Source: an uncultured Gammaproteobacteria bacterium (GTDB lineage: Bacteria; Pseudomonadota; Gammaproteobacteria; Steroidobacterales; Rariloculaceae). Taken from it: a stretch of DNA of 55,068 bases. The DNA lies in NCBI GenBank assembly GCA_964384125.1, contig CAYLKA010000008.1:2999-58066 (forward strand), in the 5' to 3' direction. The notes beneath the pieces are model-generated. The model saw only the letters and a list, made by a program, of their open reading frames with translations. It made no database searches and was not told the origin of the DNA. Shown here piece by piece: positions 48,862 through 55,068 of this stretch; position 1 is the stretch's first letter, and the number at the start of each line of letters is the position of its first letter. The position numbers and the translations under genes were made by a program.

Positions 48862-49614
48862 CTACCACTCAGAGCTCCCTAGACACCCTCCCTGGGCCTC
48901 GTTTTGATCCTGCAGTTGAATTGGAATCACCCCCGGCCGTCCACCACGACACTTGAGTATTTTGACGTGGGTCAATCCATTCGCTCGCATCAACCGAATT
49001 CGCAAGACCGCGGGTGATCTCTGATTCAATGCCTCAAGAGGACGAAATAACACAGCCCAGCATTGACCTTCCTCGGCCGCAAGCTGTAACCGCCGTAATG
49101 CGGTTTCATCTGCGGATTGGACCCAAGCCAGTACCACCGCGCAGGAACCGAAACGGAGGGCTTGCTCCATGGCCCAAAGGCTGTCGTGACGCCTACCTGG
49201 AAGGGTACTGAAGAACTCAGGATCGGGGCTGTCCCAGGATCCGCAACGAGATCTATAGGTGGGCCTATCACGGCCTTGGGCTGCAGCTTTGTGTACCAGG
49301 AGCACCCGACTCAAATCGAGACCCTGCCTGTGTAAGGCCGGAGCATAGGGGATGAATGGCGGGGAAACCCAAACTATCCAGCCTCCGCCCTGTTCTGAAG
49401 GCTGACTCGCACGCACCAGAGCCGGCATCAGTAGGCTCAGCTCACCGATGCCATACTGATCTACAACAATCTCGGTCAAGCCCGTCGCCGGCCAACCCCC
49501 TCCCGGCAAATGCTGATCTAAAGCCTCAAACCCAGTCGAACACGTATTCCAGGAGGGCTGTCTTCCCTCTCCCCGCCAAATATAGGGATGATTGATGAGT
49601 TTCTCGATATCCAC
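48862..49614 (-). CDS. imuA: ImuA (RecA/SulA-like translesion-synthesis accessory protein)
   Basis: TGF.ALD..LPGGGWP..LTE, GIGEL.LL.PAL, PP..PYAPAL, LWA.EQAL, LRRLQLAA, SPA.LR, LKCRGG. Confidence 0.92.
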   Translation of the reverse strand: MDIEKLINHPYIWRGEGRQPSWNTCSTGFEALDQHLPGGGWPATGLTEIVVDQYGIGELSLLMPALVRASQPSEQGGGWIVWVSPPFIPYAPALHRQGLDLSRVLLVHKAAAQGRDRPTYRSRCGSWDSPDPEFFSTLPGRRHDSLWAMEQALRFGSCAVVLAWVQSADETALRRLQLAAEEGQCWAVLFRPLEALNQRSPAVLRIRLMRANGLTHVKILKCRGGRPGVIPIQLQDQNEAQGGCLGSSEW

Positions 49615-49685
49615 AACGTGCTTGAATTGCTCATACTGTATTGTTTTAAATAACTATTTTACCTTTTTTCCATCCCCCTAAAGTC

Positions 49686-50294
49686 TCAAATAGCATTACG
49701 CATGACTCCAACGACAACCCCCTCTATAGTCATGGGCTCCTCTCTGAGATCAATTTGAATCGGATCGAAATCCGGATTTTCCGGCATGAGCCAAACCTCA
49801 TGCCCAATCTGGCGATAGCGTTTAACAGTTACTTCGTCTTCCAAACGAGCAACGACGATTTGACGATTTCTTATGTCTGCCGAACGGTGCACCGCCACCA
49901 AATCACCATCCAAAATCCCTGCATCCCGCATGCTCATACCTTGAACACGAAGTAAAAAGTGCGGCTCTGATTTAAAAAACGCGGGATCGATCTGATAGTG
50001 CGCCTCTATGTGCTCTTCCGCCAAGATGGGCTCACCCGCCGCAACTCGGCCTACCAAAGGCAAACCCATTTGCTCTCTTAAGGCATCTTTCAAACGAATA
50101 CCGCGGGAAGTGCCGGGTAAAAGTTCAATGACGCCCTTGCGTTCCAAGGCCCTCAGGTGCTCTTCTGCGGCATTGACGGAACGAAAACCCAGTTCTTCGG
50201 CGATCTCTGCTCGAGTGGGCGGTAGGGCCGTCTCTCTAATAACTCTCTGAATTAAATTAAAAATTTGTTGCTGTCGAGGGGTTAGATCATGCAT
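49686..50294 (-). CDS. lexA: LexA repressor
   Basis: [33 protein letters not shown] cleavage site, GMSM (Ser), VTVKR (Lys). Confidence 0.97.
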   Translation of the reverse strand: MHDLTPRQQQIFNLIQRVIRETALPPTRAEIAEELGFRSVNAAEEHLRALERKGVIELLPGTSRGIRLKDALREQMGLPLVGRVAAGEPILAEEHIEAHYQIDPAFFKSEPHFLLRVQGMSMRDAGILDGDLVAVHRSADIRNRQIVVARLEDEVTVKRYRQIGHEVWLMPENPDFDPIQIDLREEPMTIEGVVVGVMRNAI

Positions 50295-50302
50295 ATTAAT
50301 AA

Positions 50303-50337
50303 CTGTATATAAAAACAGTTACTGATACTATATACAG
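50303..50337. promoter_or_regulatory. Two tandem SOS boxes (CTG-N10-CAG) upstream of lexA
   Basis: CTGTATATAAAAACAG (50303-50318) and CTGATACTATATACAG (50322-50337). Confidence 0.93.
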
Positions 50338-50354
50338 TCATCCTCTATGGTCAA
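50327..50354 (-). promoter_or_regulatory. Sigma70 promoter of the lexA-imuAB-dnaE2 operon
   Basis: TTGACC, 16 nt, TATAGT; the -10 lies inside the distal SOS box. Confidence 0.7.
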
Positions 50355-50515
50355 CCTACCGGAGCAAAAAAGTACAGGGTTTGATCAACAGATATCCGAA
50401 GCGTCGAACAGGAAGACCCTCGGATTCCTTCTATCACCATCCATTCCGGTAGCTGATCATAAGCCTCCTTTCAGGACATACTGTCTATCAAAAACGACAG
50501 AGCATTCCTTCTTAA

Positions 50516-50544
50516 TTGCAGTAAAGCCCGCTTTAGGAAATAAT
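50516..50544 (+). promoter_or_regulatory. Candidate promoter of the lipoprotein gene
   Basis: TTGCAG, 17 nt, AATAAT; the spacer contains palindrome TAAAGC-CC-GCTTTA. Confidence 0.4.
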
Positions 50545-50582
50545 CACGCACAGATCTGTAACTTCAGTCACAGGGGAACTCT

Positions 50583-50867
50583 ATGAGCAGGAAACTCCAG
50601 CTAGGCGCGCTATGTGCCGTCCTGGTAATTGCTACCGGATGCGCAACAATTACTGAGCAGGATTTGGCTGCTGTGCGCTCAATCGCGGAAGGCGCACAAA
50701 GCACAGCCGATGATGCGGCACGCCAGGCAGGTGAAGCCCGTCAGATGGCTTCGGGCGCTCAAAGCACTGCCAACCAGGCACTCTCCGCAGCTAACGCAGC
50801 TCAGGCCTGCTGCGATGCCACAAACGAAAGAGTGGATCGTATGTTCGAGGCGAGCCAAACAAAATAG
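50583..50867 (+). CDS. Lpp/OprI-family alanine-zipper outer-membrane lipoprotein
   Basis: AGGGG SD; lipobox ATGC (Cys20); Ala-rich heptads; NERVDRMFE; C-terminal Lys. Confidence 0.9.
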   Translation: MSRKLQLGALCAVLVIATGCATITEQDLAAVRSIAEGAQSTADDAARQAGEARQMASGAQSTANQALSAANAAQACCDATNERVDRMFEASQTK

Positions 50868-50886
50868 TTTTTAGATTACTGGATTC

Positions 50887-50917
50887 AAAAACGCCGCTGG
50901 ATAGCGGCGTTTTTTTT
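50887..50917. terminator. Rho-independent terminator, probably bidirectional
   Basis: AAAAACGCCGCT-GGAT-AGCGGCGTTTTTTTT between convergent genes. Confidence 0.9.
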
Positions 50918-50937
50918 GGATCGGTCCTGACAGGCCA

Positions 50938-51873
50938 TTATTCCTGCATTCGCGCGGCCAGCCTATCAGAGGAAACAAACTCCGGAACACCCAACGACCG
51001 CGAAGCAACGACTTCAGCCAGTTCCCAACTAAAGGTCTCACCCTGACCTTCTTCGGTCGCCGCAACGAAAGCACGCGTCAACTCGGTCATCGACCAAGAA
51101 TCGGCCATGGTGTGCTCATCCAAAGGAGGATGTGCTTCGAGATAGAAGCCATCGTCTGTCCAGCCGAGCTTATAGGGCTGATTGACGATGAGCACCGGCG
51201 TTCCGATCGGCACGTCTTCGAAAAGTGCCTCGATGTCTTCGGGGAACATCCGGATACAACCGTGTGTCACTCGCATTCCGAGGCCCGACGGTTTGTTGGT
51301 ACCATGAATAAGATAACCCGGAAGGCTGAGTCGCAACGCATGGTTCCCAAGGGGATTGTCAGGTCCCGGCGGTACGACCTTCGGTAGGAAACGATTGTCA
51401 GCCGCATGCTCTTCCCGGATCGACTCAGGCGGATACCAGGTGGGATTGACCGTTTTCGAGATAATCTCGGAACGACCCAAAGGCGTTCGCCACTCCATCC
51501 GTCCGATGCTGATTGGATGTGTGATCACACGCCCCGACTCACCATCGGGATAGTAGTACAACCGCAGCTCAGGCAGATTAAGCACGATACCCTGCCGCGG
51601 CGTCTTAGGAAGCACGAAATGGGTAGGCAAAACAATCTCGGTCCCCTCACCGGGCAACCAGGGATCGACACTAGGGTTAGCCTGGATAAGCTCCTCGTAA
51701 CCGAGGTTATACCGGCGGGCCAGCTTGATGAACGTGTCTTCGTGCTGCGCGTTGATGACCTGGATCTCGCCGACAACGTCGCTGTCCGCCGAGAGCTCGA
51801 GCTCGATAGCCGAGGCACCACTCAGAAGGGTTGATCCCAAAAAACCCCAGAAGATTGAAGCTGGCCTACCCAT
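50938..51873 (-). CDS. L,D-transpeptidase (ErfK/YbiS/YcfS family) with a LysM-like domain
   Basis: Signal peptide; ANP.VDPWLP, INLPELRLYYY-like, PISIGR..TP, PPGPDNPLG, LIHGTN..THGCIRM (His/Cys dyad). Confidence 0.93.
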   Translation of the reverse strand: MGRPASIFWGFLGSTLLSGASAIELELSADSDVVGEIQVINAQHEDTFIKLARRYNLGYEELIQANPSVDPWLPGEGTEIVLPTHFVLPKTPRQGIVLNLPELRLYYYPDGESGRVITHPISIGRMEWRTPLGRSEIISKTVNPTWYPPESIREEHAADNRFLPKVVPPGPDNPLGNHALRLSLPGYLIHGTNKPSGLGMRVTHGCIRMFPEDIEALFEDVPIGTPVLIVNQPYKLGWTDDGFYLEAHPPLDEHTMADSWSMTELTRAFVAATEEGQGETFSWELAEVVASRSLGVPEFVSSDRLAARMQE

Positions 51874-51989
51874 ATATCAGCGTATTATACGCCGTACCTG
51901 GAAAAAATATGAGGACTGAAATCAGGTGACCGGACCCACCACCCATCCAAAGGAGGGTCGAATCGATCGTTTGGCGAAGACCGGCAAGA

Positions 51990-52946
51990 TCAGTACCGGA
52001 GCAGGCTGGAGCCCCAGGTAAAACCCCCACCGAAAGCCTCAAGCAGTAAAAGGTCACCCCGCTTGATTCGCCCGTCCCTGACTGCCGTATCCAATGCCAT
52101 GGGTATCGAGGCGGCGGAGGTATTCCCGTGGTCTTTGACGGTCAAGACGACTCGCTCCATGTCTAGACCCAGCCGTTTTGCGGTCGCCGTTATAATCCGG
52201 AGGTTCGCCTGGTGGGGCACGAACCAATCAATGTCTCCCTGCTCGAGATTGTTGTCGGCGAGGACTTTGTCGGCCGTCGCCTCCAACGTTCGCACTGCGA
52301 CTTTGAAGACCTCGTTACCTTTCATCTTCAGCTCCGCGGACCCACCACCTTCCTTCTCCTGAGAAACCCCGGCATCCGCATAGAGAAGCGACCGGTACCG
52401 TCCGTCGGCACCGATATCGGAGTAGATCACGCCCTGCTCTTCCGAGGCTTCCAGGATCACCGCCCCGGCACCGTCACCGAATAGGACACAGGTTTCTCGG
52501 TCCGTCCAATCAATGAGGCGCGACATAGTTTCTGCACCAATAACGAGCGAGCGTTCCACTTGTCCCGAGCGGATGAACTGATCAGCGATTGTAAGCGCAT
52601 AGACGAAACCGCTGCACGCGGCTTCGACGCTGAATGCCGGACCAGTCATCCCCATTCTTTCCTGCAGCAGACAAGCGGGGTTTGGTAAAACGAGATCGGG
52701 CGTGCACGTGCCCACCACCACCATCTGGATATCATCGGGCCCTAGACCAGCCGAGTCGAGAGCCTCCCTGGCCGCTTTCTCAGCGAGGTGGCTGGTAGCT
52801 TCACCCTCAGCGGCAATATGACGCCTTTCGATGCCAGTACGCGCACGGATCCACTCATCGGAAGTGTCAACCATTTTCTCAAGATCATGGTTCGTTAGGA
52901 TCTTCTCGGGGAGGTACTTCCCTGTACCGGTTATCCGCGAATACAT
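51990..52946 (-). CDS. fabH: 3-oxoacyl-ACP synthase III
   Basis: AACSGF, LFGDGAGA, M.GNEVFK.AV, PHQANLRII, GNTSAASIP, FGGGFTWG. Confidence 0.97.
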   Translation of the reverse strand: MYSRITGTGKYLPEKILTNHDLEKMVDTSDEWIRARTGIERRHIAAEGEATSHLAEKAAREALDSAGLGPDDIQMVVVGTCTPDLVLPNPACLLQERMGMTGPAFSVEAACSGFVYALTIADQFIRSGQVERSLVIGAETMSRLIDWTDRETCVLFGDGAGAVILEASEEQGVIYSDIGADGRYRSLLYADAGVSQEKEGGGSAELKMKGNEVFKVAVRTLEATADKVLADNNLEQGDIDWFVPHQANLRIITATAKRLGLDMERVVLTVKDHGNTSAASIPMALDTAVRDGRIKRGDLLLLEAFGGGFTWGSSLLRY

Positions 52947-53962
52947 TCTATTCCCTGCTCCTCAATCAGCCTTCCAATCTGCACCGGTACACCCTTACGC
53001 GCTTCTACGATAGCCGTCTGAACCGCGATCTCGAAAGCGAGCTTGTCCGCCCCACCGTGACTCTTGATCACCACGCCATTCAAACCTAGCAGGCTCGCAC
53101 CATTGTAACGTCGCGAATCCAATCGGTTGCAGACAGCGTTCAACGTCGAGCGAGCGGTGAGCCCCTGGACCTGCCGGAGCGGGTTTCGACTAAACTCCTC
53201 GCGAAGGATCGCCGAAATGAGCCCGGCCACTCCCTCCATCGTCTTGAGCGCTACATTGCCAACAAACCCGTCACTAACGATGACGTCCGCTTTACCGCTG
53301 AAGACGGCATCCCCTTCGACAAAACCGATGTAGTTCAAAGCGCTCTGGCTTAGCAACTCACCCGCCTCGCGAACAACTTCGTCACCCTTGATGTTCTCTT
53401 GACCAATATTTAGTAACCCGATTCTCGCGCGTTCTATATCGAGCATGTCCTCGGCCACGACGGAACCCATGAGTGCAAACTGAAGCAGATGCTGCGCGTT
53501 ACAGCCGACGTTGGCGCCCAGATCCAACATGAAGGTATACCCCCCGGACAACGTCGGTATTGCGGAAACGATGGCGGGTCTATCCACGCCGGGCAGCATC
53601 TTTAGAACGTGACGCGCGATCGCCATCAACGCACCGGTATTACCTGAACTCACGCATGCATCTGCGTCGCCGCGTTTTAACGCTTCGATCGCGATTCGCA
53701 TAGAGGATTTCGTCTTTCGGCGTAATGCCTCAGCAGGATGTTCATCCATGTCCACAACTTCGGTTGCGCTGACGAAACTCAACCGATTCCCGTATTTCTC
53801 CCCGGCTTCGGCCCGTGCCTTATCCAGTGTGTCGGGGTATCCCACCAGCAGCAAGTTAACCGAGTCGTCTTTCTCCAATGTCGCGAGCGCGGCAGGAATA
53901 ACCGCCTTCGGCCCTTGATCGCCGCCCATGGCGTCCAGCGCAATTGTGACCTTGCGAGTCAT
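52931..53962 (-). CDS. plsX: Phosphate acyltransferase PlsX
   Basis: IALDAMGGD, SSM, SGNTGALM, DRPA, LDLGAN, DGFVGNVALKT.EG, KSHG. Confidence 0.97.
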   Translation of the reverse strand: MTRKVTIALDAMGGDQGPKAVIPAALATLEKDDSVNLLLVGYPDTLDKARAEAGEKYGNRLSFVSATEVVDMDEHPAEALRRKTKSSMRIAIEALKRGDADACVSSGNTGALMAIARHVLKMLPGVDRPAIVSAIPTLSGGYTFMLDLGANVGCNAQHLLQFALMGSVVAEDMLDIERARIGLLNIGQENIKGDEVVREAGELLSQSALNYIGFVEGDAVFSGKADVIVSDGFVGNVALKTMEGVAGLISAILREEFSRNPLRQVQGLTARSTLNAVCNRLDSRRYNGASLLGLNGVVIKSHGGADKLAFEIAVQTAIVEARKGVPVQIGRLIEEQGIECIRG

Positions 53963-54024
53963 TAAGGCAGCTGCTGTGGGTAGAGTGCTAAGCGCTCAGC
54001 TGGAGCAATAAGGGGAAATCGTAT

Positions 54025-54219
54025 CTACTCTTCGGCTTCTTCGGGCTCGGGAATATCAAGAACCTTTTGTCCACGATAGAACCCCTCAGCCGTGATGTGG
54101 TGTCGCATGTGAGTCTCACCTGTATTGGGGTCGACGGAAAGCGTCGTTTTTTTCAACGAGTCGTGGGATCGCCGCATGTCCCGTCGTGACGGGGTCTTAC
54201 GCCCTTTCTGAACAGCCAT
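54025..54219 (-). CDS. rpmF: 50S ribosomal protein L32 (Cys-free type)
   Basis: MAVQK.RKTPSRR.MRRSHD, GE.H.RHH....G.YRG. Confidence 0.96.
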   Translation of the reverse strand: MAVQKGRKTPSRRDMRRSHDSLKKTTLSVDPNTGETHMRHHITAEGFYRGQKVLDIPEPEEAEE

Positions 54220-54231
54220 TATCAGTTCTCC

Positions 54232-54741
54232 TCAGTGACTTCCGAGCGATGGGTCGACCGGTCGAGCTTCGTTATCGTATTTCAAAACTTCGGGGTTACG
54301 GGCCAATCTGCCACATTCGTCTATTCGCTCATGACGAGGAATGAGCGGCAGAGAAACGATGAGTTCGTCTTCGATAACTTCCGCCGGCTGAAATCGACCA
54401 CCCGACAGCATGACCGGTTCGTAACCAGCAGGCACGCCCGCTACCATTGAGTCGTCTTCCAACACAACAAACAAGACATGACCGGATTCTTTTTCCTTCA
54501 TGGGTTCCAGGCACCGCTGACAAGCTAGCTCGAGATTAGCCTCATAATGTAAATCCACAGTTACGTAACCCTCACGCTGGCCAAATTTCAGACTAGCTCG
54601 TACACTCCCTTCGTCGGAGCACAGTGACTCACGAAGTCGGGTCAGCCGTGTCGCGCCGATCTCTCCATTAAGCTGATCTTTACGTTGGCCAAGCGCTTCG
54701 AGTTCGTGCGGGCTGTACCAAGCGTACAACGTGTGGGGCAT
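54232..54741 (-). CDS. yceD: YceD/DUF177 protein
   Basis: CQRCLEP, IEDELIVSLP.IPRH; conserved position upstream of rpmF. Confidence 0.9.
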   Translation of the reverse strand: MPHTLYAWYSPHELEALGQRKDQLNGEIGATRLTRLRESLCSDEGSVRASLKFGQREGYVTVDLHYEANLELACQRCLEPMKEKESGHVLFVVLEDDSMVAGVPAGYEPVMLSGGRFQPAEVIEDELIVSLPLIPRHERIDECGRLARNPEVLKYDNEARPVDPSLGSH

Positions 54742-54815
54742 AATCGACTAATGATAGGGACAAGACTTTCCACTGTCAAAACCGAGAGTTACGATCATCC
54801 AAGGTTATCCCGACC

Positions 54816-55068
54816 ATGGCACAACTGATCCTCGCGTCGACTTCCCGCTATCGCCTCCAACTGCTAGGGCGCCTGGGACTGCCCCTCAAGACACAAGATC
54901 CGAAGGTCGACGAAAAGCAGCACGCAGGGGAAGAAGCCTCAGCGCTCGCCATCAGATTAGCCAACGCGAAGGCAAGCAGTGTCGCGGACCGAACAGACTC
55001 AACTGATGCGATCATCATCGGCGCCGACCAAACAGCCGCTCTTGACGGAGCCTTACTCAGAAAGCCTG
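54816..55068 (+). CDS. maf: Maf-family nucleotide pyrophosphatase (YceF-like), truncated by the window edge; missing from the ORF track
   Basis: My translation: MAQLILASTSRYRLQLLGRLGL..VDE..RLANAKA..IIGADQ..RKP; divergent from yceD as in other gammaproteobacteria. Confidence 0.92.
   Translation, partial: MAQLILASTSRYRLQLLGRLGLPLKTQDPKVDEKQHAGEEASALAIRLANAKASSVADRTDSTDAIIIGADQTAALDGALLRKP

Noticed and set aside
49634-49651. Internal SOS box before imuA
   Set aside because: Only one half-site (TACTGTAT); the partner CAG is missing at the required spacing.
50481-50500. CTGTC-N10-GACAG as a third SOS box
   Set aside because: CTG-to-CAG spacing is 14 nt rather than 10.

Overview
Gammaproteobacterial chromosomal segment, roughly 55-62% GC by eye. 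The left ~34 kb is accessory and catabolic. It holds many secreted or uncharacterised proteins, a divergent two-armed cluster built around two UbiD-family (prFMN) decarboxylases (with FAD monooxygenase, DUF2848, cupin, CoA ligase, PaaI thioesterase, MDR reductase, VOC protein and two orphan solute-binding proteins, but no ubiX), a low-GC SMP-30 gene, a SoxCD-like molybdoenzyme/cytochrome c pair, an aldehyde dehydrogenase and a Tat-exported IorAB/NicAB-like Mo-hydroxylase. The right ~21 kb is core genome: serS-VanZ-lolA-ftsK, DUF482-aat-infA, clpS-clpA, a lexA-imuA-imuB-dnaE2 mutagenesis cassette with tandem SOS boxes, an OprI/Lpp-like lipoprotein with an L,D-transpeptidase, and maf/yceD-rpmF-plsX-fabH. 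The best novelty candidates are (1) the dual-UbiD, CoA-linked pathway of unknown substrate, in which one UbiD has a winged-helix-like tail, and (2) two apparently homologous, promoter-preceded structured RNA elements on the minus strand that bracket the soxCD-like genes; one has a LacI-type operator and an anti-Shine-Dalgarno loop. I saw no tRNA, rRNA, CRISPR array, transposase or integrase. All family calls come from motif recognition by eye, not database searches.
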